The position numbers and the translations under genes were made by a program. A DNA stretch of 49,473 nucleotides from Priapulus caudatus (Eukaryota): the NCBI RefSeq assembly GCF_000485595.1, contig NW_014577080.1, positions 935,474 to 984,946 on the forward strand, given 5' to 3'. Under the pieces are notes generated by a model that saw only the letters and a program-made list of their open reading frames with translations, was not told the origin of the DNA and did not search any database. Below, piece by piece: positions 12,001 through 23,174 of this stretch (the stretch's first letter is position 1; every line of letters begins with the position of its first letter).

Positions 12001-15000
12001 CTGTAGGCTTGTAGAAGCTAGACTGTACATCTGAAGGTTGGAAGGTTGTTCAACTTTTCAGTGTTGTATGGCTCTTTTATAAATACTTCGTTGGGATTAA
12101 TTGTTTCATCTGGCCCCGAACCCACACCCCCCTGCTGTATTTTGATTTAAAATTGATTGTTTAAAAGTTGAACAATCCCCTGAGTAAAAGTTGTGAGAAA
12201 AGAATCTACTCAAACGTTGTACCCTCGTCTCTCATGTGCAACTAGTTAATCGCTCAACTTTTATGTTTACACTATTCACTTTTTATTGAAAAGTCGATGA
12301 GCTTGTACAACGTATCAACTTTTCAACTAAAATTGGATAGTGTAAACCCAGCAGTGCTGACATTGTCTTATGAGTGTTGGATTCGGTTTGACAGGCAGTG
12401 GGAGTTTAGCATATGTTCTGTTTGTGCAACCTATCTGTATTACCTGTGTTATGCTCTCACAGCAATTTTCTTTCTGTTTCTTGCAGGGGTTTGCTGTAGG
12501 AAATGGTTTGACCAGCTACGCTGAACTACAGAATTCAATCGTGTTCTTTGCCTATTACCATGGCCTTTTTGGAGAAACGTACGTTTTGTTACATTTCTCT
12601 GAGTTTTTTATTAAAAACTAATGAACTGCTGTAGCCACAGTGGCATCGAAATTGGACCCTCATGAAAATCTGACTTTACGGATGTCGCCCATGTTGTGAA
12701 TGGTGACAGTGTGTGTAAGGTAGAGTGCAGAACAGTGCACATGGGTGATTGAAAGCTTTCTGAGATCGTCATTATGTTATTGACATCTAGACTATCTGTG
12801 GCGAAACTATTCTGGCTTGTCTAACTTCTTCCTCTCCTCTTCCTCTCTTATATCTTAATTCTATACACTATACGCGTTTACGGTAGTCATCGTTACATTG
12901 CTTGAGTGGACTCATTCTGGCCATCGGTCGTGTCTACCAAGGCAGAAGTGGAAAGTGTAGAGCCAGTTGGCTGTGAAGAGGCATGATTCCATTGCACACT
13001 TTCTGTGAAAACGAGTGTGACAGAAAAGCATGTGCTTTAGCAAAATTATATTTAATGTTGCCCTGAAACCATCTGAAATTTAGGCCATAGTAAGCCTATG
13101 GGTTGTAGAAACCCCCCTCTTAACATGTGTTGCTCAATAGTGCATGATTAATGAACAGAGTTGGTGACATGTACGAGTGACATTTTGATTCATGTCCTTG
13201 GTTCTAGATTGTGGCATGACTTGCTGGCGAATTGTTGCAAGGGTCCTGGTGCAAATGAATGTGATTTTCAATCAAGTAATCCAGATTGTACCAACAATGT
13301 AAGTATAGCTGAAGGGGTCGTTGTCGTATCAGGTACTACAGATATGTACCCGAGGTACATATATGTATACACAAAGTGTACCAGACTTGTACTACAGAAG
13401 TGTACCCTAACCCTAACTCTAACCCTAACCCTACCCTAACCCTAGCCCTAACCCTAACCCTAACCCTAACCCTAACCCTAACCCTAACCCTAACCCTAAC
13501 CCTAACCCTAGCCCTAACCCTAACCCTAACCCTAACCCTAAACATACCTCATATCAAAATATAAACATAATACTAAACAACCTAAAACTACCTCGGGTAC
13601 ATATATGTAGTACCTGATACGGCAACGACCCCATCTGCGTAAGTATATGGTACAGCTTCCTTAATGTAGAACCTTTTAGTTTATGTTCAAAATTATATAT
13701 ATATATTCTATATTAGTGTTCCCCTGGCCAAAAAGGTCTGTGAGGTGTTAAATTTGTGTGTGTGTGTGTTTACACGTTTTGAGGTCGTAGCCCAGCTAGG
13801 GGGGTCCTGGGGGCATGGCAACCGGAAATTTTTTGAAAAAATGGTGCATTCTAAACTATTTTGGTGCATTATAAGCACTGTTCTATGGAAGTACAGTGAT
13901 TTTCGTCAGCGAGACGCTGTTTTGGACAAATTTCTGTTTGGCGGCCCGCCTCGCTCGTGTCAATGCAGGGGAAACACTGCGTTATAAAGTATAGTAGCTA
14001 TGTATGCGGAGACCTCTATAGAATGGATGTCTGTCCTTAAAAATTCAATTGATATTTCCTGTGAGTGGCAGTTATACAGTGAAACCACTTCTATAGGTCG
14101 ACACCTGTCTATAAAGAAAACTTTGGGGTTTCCCATGGGTAATGCTTATGCACAGCTTTGACTGCATGTATGATCCATCATTTGCTCGTATTTCTATGTT
14201 ACACGTGTTATGCGATGGTGAAATTGGCAATATAGCTGTTCTACAGCATGCTGTTTATGCCGTGGTCATGCGTACAATAATATCAGAAGTGGATTATACA
14301 AATAAATTGTTGTCATACTCTTGCTAGTAAATGTATATTTATCTTGGTGGGCTTTAGAAATTACACACAATTTGACATCGTGTCTGGTGCAAAGCATAAT
14401 AGATTTAATACGAATACGACAATTAGCAAAACTGGAATTTACTTCTGCTACTTAATATTGTGTGTTGGATCAGGATACCTGTGATTGTACTGTGTCGGCA
14501 CTGCCGCATATGCTTGCAGGTAGGTATGGTGGAGGTGATAGTGACCATGATCGGCCTCAATGTCTACTCGCTGTACCAAGATTGTGCGACCGGTGCGTCC
14601 GCTCAGTCTCTGCGCTACCAGTTCGACATGCAGCATGTGTTTCCAGCTCTCAGGAACAAATCACAGGTATTTTTTACAGACTTATGAATATTGTATGTGC
14701 TAAATCCACGATAATTATTCAGTAGGAATTAACTTGGTAGTTAAAACAGGTCCCCAGTGGCTAAATAAATGTTAAGGCATCAACTTTATGACATGTTTAA
14801 TAACTGCGAATTGAGGTCAATCTGTCTCTGCATGTAAATGGAGTAAATTCGTCACGATTGACTCAAGAGGCTCAGAGGCTCGTGTTTCCCCACTTAGGCT
14901 GATAATGAGGCAATACGGATCATCAAGAACATGTCTGATGATGGGCTGAGCATGAACCCTCCCTGCATCGATGCTTCTGCTGTCACAACGTGGCTGAACA

Positions 15001-18000
15001 GGTCGGACGTACGCGAGGCATTACACATTCCAGCGTCGGTGCAGCCGTGGGAACTTTGCAGGTAGTGGTGATTCTCTTCTCATAGTGAAACGTCTGCTGA
15101 TTATACTAGCAAGGAGCTGTTATGCTTTAGGGAACTGAAATGATATCGGTCATTGGTAGTATGATTCAAATTTGATGTGTTTTATAAAGATTGCAACATC
15201 TTGGCGTTTTGTGGTGCTGACGTCTTTGGTGGGAAGTGTGTAGAATATGATATTAAATTAAAATTAATTTAATATAAACGAAATTTTTATACAATTGTTT
15301 GTTTGAATCAAATTAATCAATTAATATGAAGTACATACAGCTTGTACGATTATTATATTCTAGAGAATGATTACGCCTTATTGGAAAAAGTAGTTTTCAT
15401 TGCAAATGCCCAACTAAGCAAGAACTGCCAGAATTTCTCAGAACATAGATCTTTTTCTGGGAAGAGCACCAGACTCTTACTTGCACAGACTTGCATCCTG
15501 GCAGAGTATTGTCATAGTGTGTGCTATTCGGCATGCTAGGGGTCTCAGTGAGGATAAGAAATCTGCTAAGCTGTGTAGTGAGGTTTAGGACGGTGTACCG
15601 AGTCACTATCCAGCAATATCCGTGCAACTATGTCACTCTCCACTCTCTGTCTCCATCAGAACCCTTCCACCTTTTCTGCTGGATAATTCCAGTCGGGGCG
15701 GCGTTTCCGGTGTGTGACGGAGCTCTGGTAAATAAGCCGCTGTCGCTAAATATATAGCGGAATATAGTTGGTCTCTTGGTCCTCTAATACATGTTCTTTA
15801 TTAGCTGAGCTGACAAAGTCAGATGCAGCTTGTAGAATCGCATGATTGTGCATGCGTCAGTGCGTCCGTCAACAGTTGCGCACAAATCTTAACCGCTTGA
15901 CGTACCGTCTTGATATTCAGGACATCGGGGGGGGGGGGATTGCGAAAAGGACTCGGGATGTTGAATTTTGGGGTCAAGGGTCAAAGGTCGAGATGTGTCA
16001 ATGGAGGGGGAATATTTCCCTCTTAACTTAAAGGGACAGTAGCCACTAGGATTTTACTGCATACAACTGTACTAACTGTATAACAAATCGTCTATACCCA
16101 CACGTATTTGTTACTATATACCTAATTTAATTAATTAATACACATCAACGCTACGAAATTTGAACGGCGCCATGACACCCGCGACCGTGCTGCCACCCCA
16201 AAAAAGTTGCGTATTTGACAATTTATTTTGCACGTTACAGACCGAGGGCTAATCACAAAAGTGCAATTATATTTATACCTAAATGATATTTAACCGAACG
16301 ATATTCATTTTAGGGCAAATTTATCCATATTGTAACTGAAACTATATGTCGTTTATAAGATATCACAATCCTTTTGCTTTTAAATGAATAAATAAGAAAC
16401 ACCCTCGGTCTGTAGCCCTTGGCTGGAAAGTGGTTTTGCGCAACTTATCAGATCGTGCGCTTTGAGTGGCGCCACTGTCGTTGTAATCAAACTGTAGTCG
16501 TTAGTTTTTAAACATTTTTTAAAAATATTTCTAATGGTGATTGAACCATGAAACTTTTTATGTAGCGTAATTTTAACCTAAATTAACTGCAAATAACCCT
16601 AGAACCTAGAGTAAACTCCCTTTAAGGTATAGGAGGAAATACGGAATTGCGGCACAAATCTCAACGGCTCGACCTACGCTCTTAATATTCGATGTATAGT
16701 GTGATGGGGAGAAAACCCATCACCAGTGCGAAATTGGAGGTCAAAGGGCAGTGGGGGAAAGGTCAGATATCAGACATTTTCTGAGGACATGGTCTAACGG
16801 ACCGAGTGCAAAACTTTTTTGTTCCAGCGCTGACCTACCATTTCTATCACTTTATTGAAAGGACCATGAAATGTACTTTCCGCTGACGTGCGGAGAGTAA
16901 GTGTCTGATAACCTTTTGACTCTCAAGAGGAGGGTTAAACATGGATTTATTGATTGTTAACAAAGGAATGAACTGCTTTTGCTATTGTGGATGTGAGGCT
17001 ACAGTTGCACAGTTCAATTGCAAAGGCAAATGTTTGTTGAACAAGGTTTACGCTCCTTAAATCATATTATTTTCTAAAGCAGTCTGTATTAGCACCCTGA
17101 GTAGCACCCTGTATTAGCACACTGTAATAGCACCCTGAATGCTCGCGTGGGTAGGCAAAAACACGGGGCAGCCCATTAGCCATGCATGAATGCGTGAACT
17201 GGCACTATTCGAATCATAATTATTGCCTGGCAACCTGCAATGCAGATGTGTTAACTCACAGCTGAGCGAAATTCTTGCCTGCCCGAATATACTTGGATTT
17301 TAGCCTGTAGGATTTCAGCAACTCAATGGATTGAGGTTATCACGCACGAAGGGCGATGCCATCTTTGATTATTGATGACACTTGCACGTGCCATCTCGCG
17401 GCAACTGCTTTTGCAATTAGAGCCCCTTCCACCCGCCCCTCCACCTACCTTCCCCTCACCACCACCACTACGCTCGTGCTCGACGCATATCTATGATAAC
17501 ATGTTAATATAGCGAAGTCATTAAAGTTACACAGCTGTATCTTTATTACTGTACTACCGGTATAGTCTCTCCGATCTGTATTAGTAGTATCCTAGATATA
17601 TGCTCTGAGCGCGAACGCAGTGGCGGGAGGGCGCACTTGATTCGGTTGCCAGTGAGTTTATCAGAAGAATACCCGGCTGCAATACACGTCAGTTTAGCGC
17701 TGTTGCTCTGCGGCACTTGTTTTTTTGCAGTCAGGAAGTCGGCTCTCAGTACAAGACGCTGTACAAGTCGATGATGAAGCAGTACCAGCAGCTGTTGCCC
17801 CATGTACGAGCTCTGGTGTACAACGGTGATACTGACATGGCGTGCAACTTCCTTGGTGACGAGTGGTTTGTGGAGTCGCTGAAACGCAAGGTGAGGATCG
17901 CCGAGTGTTCTCGCAACGCCGTTGCAATTCCGTTTTGTTTGTTTCGTGTACGTAGAGCTGACGTACGTAAAATTTACGAGTATTAATGATAATGTTTTGT

Positions 18001-18863
18001 AGTAATTGCCGCCTTTTCGAAGAGTTTGTACTTTTGATGTTTTACCTGCTTTTAAATAGTAGTTTTTATTGTATCCTTATAAATGTGCTTAGACACCCCT
18101 AGTATTGGTGATCACCTAACAGTGTGGCAATTATAGGCATCCTAAACCAATAAATGGTAGAATGCATAGCAGACAGATAGACAGAAAGACTTTGTTCATT
18201 TAGTAGAATAGATATACAGTTTAATTGTTGTTTGCACCAGGAATGTCAATCACCGGTGTTAAAAATTTTTGTAGGTCACCTCTGCAAGACAGCCGTGGAA
18301 ATTCAACCACCAGGTTGCAGGTTTCGTGAAACAGTTTGAGAATATCGACTTTGTCACTATCAAGGTATGACTACTGCATTACCTTTAGTACCTCATCACA
18401 GACCGTGATATTATGGCAGATTTCGACTTCAGCATTGTTGCAGTTTATTTAGAGCTTAGATGAACCTTCTAATGTTCTCTTTAAAGCTCTTCTGTAGAAA
18501 TATATATCACTATTCTATTGTTGACCATGTTTCGTTCGTGTAAAAATAGCTTCGTTCGTGTAAAATAGTTCGTGTAAATAGCGTCTAGGAGAGATGAGAA
18601 AATTAAGAATATTGCTGGCATACTACTTCAAATGTGATGCATACGTATTTTTTATCGGAAGTTTACATGAGGAAAGAATAGCAAATATTTATATCTCGTC
18701 ATCGTTTGTAATAATACTAATATACATAATAACGTGTTTAGTTTTGAAGTTAATTTTTTAAATATTGTCATTAATCCAGGGGGCTGGTCACATGGTGCCA
18801 CAGTTCAAACCAGGTCAAGCACTCAAGATGATCAAAAGTTGGCTGAATCAGGAACCATACTAA
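9060..18863 (+). CDS. CTSA: Cathepsin A / lysosomal protective protein (serine carboxypeptidase, family S10), 11 coding exons, 474 aa
   Basis: Exons 9060-9247, 9682-9844, 10056-10142, 11791-11949, 12487-12578, 13208-13298, 14520-14666, 14898-15061, 17731-17890, 18275-18364 and 18780-18863 join in frame (1425 nt including TAA). All acceptors are AG and all donors GT, except GC at 9845. Motifs: hydrophobic signal peptide, [42 protein letters not shown], catalytic Ser in GESYGG, GFAVGNG, catalytic Asp in [10 protein letters not shown], catalytic His in GAGHMVP. Confidence 0.96.
10203..11558. mobile_element. Non-autonomous hAT-like element in cathepsin A coding intron 3
   Basis: TIRs CAGGGCTCCACACTA / TAGTGTCGAGCCTT(G), 8-bp TSD GCCTATCG (10195-10202, 11559-11566), subterminal GGTGGCCC repeats. 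Confidence 0.8.
13308..13638. mobile_element. MITE with 9-bp TSD carrying a (CCCTAA)n tract (MULE-like), in cathepsin A coding intron 6
   Basis: ~50-bp TIRs GCTGAAGGGGTCGTTGTCGTATCAGGTACTACAGATATGTACCCGAGGTA. TSD GTAAGTATA at 13299-13307 and 13639-13647. (CCCTAA)n at ~13405-13541. Confidence 0.9.
13714..13979. mobile_element. Probable MITE (CAGTGTTTCCCCTG-type termini)
   Basis: TAGTGTTCCCCTG ... CAGGGGAAACACTG imperfect TIRs. Confidence 0.5.
15797..17270. mobile_element. Degraded HINE/DINE-1-like (Helentron-derived) element, boundaries approximate
   Basis: TTTATTAGCTGAGCTGAC..GTCAG start, GCGTCCGTCAAC core, repeated GGTCAAAGG motifs, CAGCTGAGCG near the distal end. Confidence 0.45.
16032..16621. 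mobile_element. MITE with TTAA TSD (Kolobok-like), nested in the HINE
   Basis: TTAA|AGGGACAGTAGCCACTAGG ... CCTAGAGTAAACTCCCT|TTAA. Confidence 0.6.
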
Positions 18864-18996
18864 GGAAGTCTTATTGTTTCAGAAAGCACCACATTCAAAT
18901 GTATGTTATTCATTTAGTGAGCTTCCATTGATTATAAGGAAGCTAATTTAGCTGTACTAATTTGGAGGCTATTTTATGGGTGGAAGCTCATTGTAT

Positions 18997-19002
18997 AATA
19001 AA
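18997..19002 (+). promoter_or_regulatory. Candidate polyadenylation signal of the cathepsin A gene
   Basis: AATAAA ~134 nt after the TAA stop, in an AT-rich 3' UTR. Confidence 0.5.
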
Positions 19003-19180
19003 AATTTAAAATTTTTAGAATAGCTAATATAATAGTGCTAATGGTCTTATAGGTAAAAGTCTTATACCAAAAATCTAAAGCTTGACAAGAGCATGGGTTT
19101 GTAAAATTTTAAAATTCCTGGTATTATTTGTGCACCTATGCATACACATGTGTATAATATAGGTATATATATATATATAT

Positions 19181-20226
19181 CAGAAGTAGATAATAGGGAA
19201 GGAGTGTGACTTCAATAAACAAGGGAAATTCGTCATTTACTAGCCTTAGAATACCTACGATTTACTACGCGTAACTCAACCAACTTGAGCTCAAATCGTA
19301 CACAGTACATTCGCCTAGCATCGTGCGAAATCGTTTCCTCGTATACATCCGCAATCCGGAGATACAGACTAAAACGTATGACACGATTATCCATTCTGTT
19401 GCCAGCAAACCGAATGTATAAACCGCCTAACTTGAAACAAAAGGCAGCTACTAGCGAGCCACACCGCATCGCCGAGGGAGCAAGAGTGCGCAAGTACATA
19501 AATCGTACTTTTCCACGACATGGTTTTCACCTTAGTTACCGTAATCTGGCGAGGCCACACTCTAAATTTGCACGCACAGCTCTTCAATGAGCCACGGCAG
19601 GGATCGCGTCAGGCAGCGCCAGCGGCAACTGTACGCGGGCTAGAGATAACGGTTGCTATGCAATTAATGCAAAACATGTGCGAAAAGCTACAATCGGCTG
19701 GAGCGTCAGTTTACTCATAACAATTCATACACATCATTCCTCCGCGGGTGAAGTAGTTCAGATATTTTACCAGCGCAGCGTTTATTAAAAAAAAAACTGC
19801 GGGATTAAACCATAAAAACAAGGCATTCTAACTATAGTTTAAATGTAAAATAGTTTCAATTTTTAAACCCAGCATGGGTTTAAAGGTAACTTAATTTCTA
19901 GGCGAATTTTCTGCACTCGACTAGGCTACGGCCGAAAAGCCCTACCGTGGCTTATTGAAGAGCTGTGTGTGCAAATTTAGAGTGTGGCCTCGCCAGATTA
20001 CGGTAACTAAGGTGAAAACCATGTCGTGGAAAAGTACGAATTATGTCAAAACGAAGGAAGCTACGCGGTTTGTAATACTACCGGAAGATAGAATAAGGAC
20101 CAGTGAACAAAAGAAGCTCATGTTTGTATACATTTGTATTTTTATTCACATCGAACTCGTACGACAAAAATGTAGTGAAATCAGTACCAAATCGCTGTCT
20201 TACTCCTTTGTCATTATACGCTCCTG
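19181..20226. mobile_element. ~1-kb non-autonomous DNA element inserted in (AT)n, CAGRAG..CTCCTG termini, internal ~90-bp inverted repeat
   Basis: (AT)n on both sides. Inverted repeat at ~19495-19588 vs ~19954-20045. The left arm is homologous to the reverse complement of ~37330-37556. Confidence 0.75.
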
Positions 20227-21124
20227 ATATATATATATATATATATGGTTTGAATTAGCACTAATCTGTAACCACTTTTTATCACCAGAATAACAGATTA
20301 ACACGTACCTCATTTAACAATGGATCTGACTGGATTAGTATTAAATATAAAATGAAATTTGACGATATTTTATAACCAGTTTGTTGATGTTAAATGAATA
20401 GTGTGAGGGCAGTTGGATGTACGGTGTCGGTGTGTAATTTTTTTTTATTTTAGTTAATTGTGATGTCACCTATTTCTTTCAAAATCGATGTGTGATGTGA
20501 TGAACTAATGAATATTGAGCACGATTATTGTTAATGATTTATTAGTTCTAAACCGTATGCATACTGTGATAAATTAACAGAGACATTGTGTCATTGTCTA
20601 TCCATTTATTTAGCATTTCCTCTAATATTTACATGAATGAGGAAAGTTAAACTCGTTTTGATGATATTAGGAAAACACTCCATTTGAGGTCTTTTATTAG
20701 TTTAGGAGAACATACTACAATATGAGCAGCTTGGATTTGTCACATTTGTCTGAGTCAACAAACAAGGAAAAACGGTCATGACATACATCAGCGTGTGTTT
20801 AACAATTACACAAAGTAAAGTACTGATGCAATAAGTTCCTGCATCTTCTGCCAAATTATTACCAACACAAATGTGTCCTACCCCGGTGTAATCTGTTTAT
20901 TTCGTAATTAAAAAAACTGTTGCCGGACTGGGAACTTAATTTTGTATTTTTACCGCACAGCGTTAAAACATTGCACAATTTGAAAGCAAGCAAAGTTACG
21001 GTTACTAGTTTGAAATGACTACGTCACGAATTTTGTATGGTGTATATTTGTAAAATGTTTGTTGCAATTTTTTTACATGAAAAGTAAGTACCAACGGGAC
21101 TAAATGTATCCTCAAATTCTTACC

Positions 21125-22441
21125 TGATAAGATTGTTTCTCACCTAGTTAAACATCCAAAAAACCTGGGCGATTTGATGTATTGATCACGACATTACTTG
21201 CCATGGGCTATATATCATACATTATGCATATGCAAAGATTCCTCAAGAAGGAAGCATCTGAAAAGAGCTGCCGAGAAATCTTGAGGCTGTACCTGAAGTC
21301 ACAGGACCTTCAACTACCAAATCGTGATATAGAAATTGGGGAAACTACAAGAGGTGTTCTCTCAAAACTACCGAGTGATCAACAGAAGGGGCCACTGATG
21401 GACATGAGGACCTTTCTACAAACTGCAACTTAGTACTTAGTGAATCATCTACCCATTGGTGATAAGCTTCTCAGAGATTTAGCTATCTTGCACCCTAGCT
21501 GCAGTACGAGAAGCTGAAGATGGCAGTCGATGTGTACGTAGAATGACCCAAACGTTTTGCCAGATTGTCCAGGCAGAGGAGATTCCGTCCATTGTTGATG
21601 AGTGGTGAATTTATCAAGACCCATATATACCAGAGGAATGGTACCGCGTGAAGGATGATCATGGTGATGTTCAATGGTGTCGAATTGACCATTACTGGTC
21701 AAAGGTACTCAGTATGAAGAAAGTTTCCAAATCTGGGGAAAGATGTCTCAGCCACAGAAATGCAGATATTGAACGAATTTTATCCATCAACAAAAAGGTC
21801 TAAGGCACTGACCGGACCCTGCTTACAGAGAAATTCGTAAATGGGCTAAGGTTGGTGAAGGATGCTGTCACATGGTGGAGGGAAAAGTGAGGCAATGGCT
21901 TTCCGAAAGAAACTTGACTAGTGTTCCGCGGGCTCATGGTAAGTATCGTACACGACTAGAGGAGGAAAAGAAACAGGAAACTGCTAGGTTGCAGGAGAGG
22001 AGAAATGAGGAGGAAATGGAGCAAGCTAGAAAGGAAGCAGAAGACAAAGCCTTTGAGACTAAGAAGAGAAAACAGAAGGAGAGTGAGAAGTTATTGACAA
22101 AGAAGCATGAGGAATTACAGGCTGAGATAAAAACAGCAGAGGATTTATTTAAAGAGGCAAACTCCAGGTTGGCTGAGGCTGTCAAGGAGAAAAATCTACA
22201 AAAGATACCTGTGCTTCAAAGTTAGATGTTGTCCGCACGCAGACGTTATACCTCCGCTTTGCTAATCTGAGGGTGCGGGTTTAATGTGCCCATTACTGGG
22301 GTCTGCGTCGGCTCGGACTAAGTTGGATGATGAATCATGTACCCTAAATCGCCCTAAAATCGTTTTAAAAATCCCTAAATATGATTTAAAAATGCCCTAA
22401 ATTCTGCCCTAAAAATGTTCTGAAGTTGGCCAGAAAGCCTG
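21125..22441 (+). pseudogene. hAT-family transposase relic (C-terminal dimerisation region) with right transposon end
   Basis: Stop- and frameshift-interrupted fragments LPIGDKLLRDLAILHP, CRIDHYWSKV, CLSHRNADIERILSINKK and LLTEKFVNGLRLVKDAV, then a charged coiled-coil tail (21872-22225). Subterminal CCCTAAA repeats and a ..GGCCAGAAAGCCTG terminus. Confidence 0.75.
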
Positions 22442-22715
22442 TGTATGAGTCACGAGTGTTTGTTCACATCGAACTGAATAGCAAAATAGGAAGTATAATG
22501 CAATTAATGCGGCAATTTAACCATAAAAAGTGAACAGAATCACTTACATTTTCTGAAAAGTGGACATTTTTACTTTTACTATTTACAGTGACGTAATCAC
22601 TTTAATCACCATTGCGTATCATCTTGTTTAATCGTCATCCTCATTCATCGTCCATATATCGTCATCATCAACAGTGTGGTTTATGTAGCTGAGTACTGTA
22701 GCACTGTAAACTCCA

Positions 22716-23139
22716 CTACTCTTCTTCCTTGAGAATAGCGTCTGCATAACTTTTCACGGCCAACCAGATTTCCTCTCCCGACTTGAGGATCTCGCGCGAG
22801 GGAAGGAAGAAGCCGTATCGACCCATGTCTCGTAGTTCCATCGTGTAGGCGTATTTCACGCCAAGTACGCCTTTCACCCAGTCTGTGGACGTCCCTGTTG
22901 CAGCATCTGTGAAATGCGAACAAACCGCTGCACTTTCTGTTGTGCCGGTATTTTATACACTCAATCCAATAACTAATGATTAATAAATAATTAACTAGTT
23001 TAATGCAGCATATTCTATTTCTATAATTAAATATATATCTAAATCGCGCTTCCTGTATCTTATGACGGGTAAACCTATATATATTATCTGATATTATGTT
23101 ATAAACTATAGTATACACACACGCGCGCACACACACATG

Positions 23140-23174
<35 letters not shown>

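Noticed and set aside
13405..13541. (CCCTAA)n as a true telomere or chromosome-fusion scar
   Set aside because: The tract is short and enclosed by TIRs and a TSD inside an intron.
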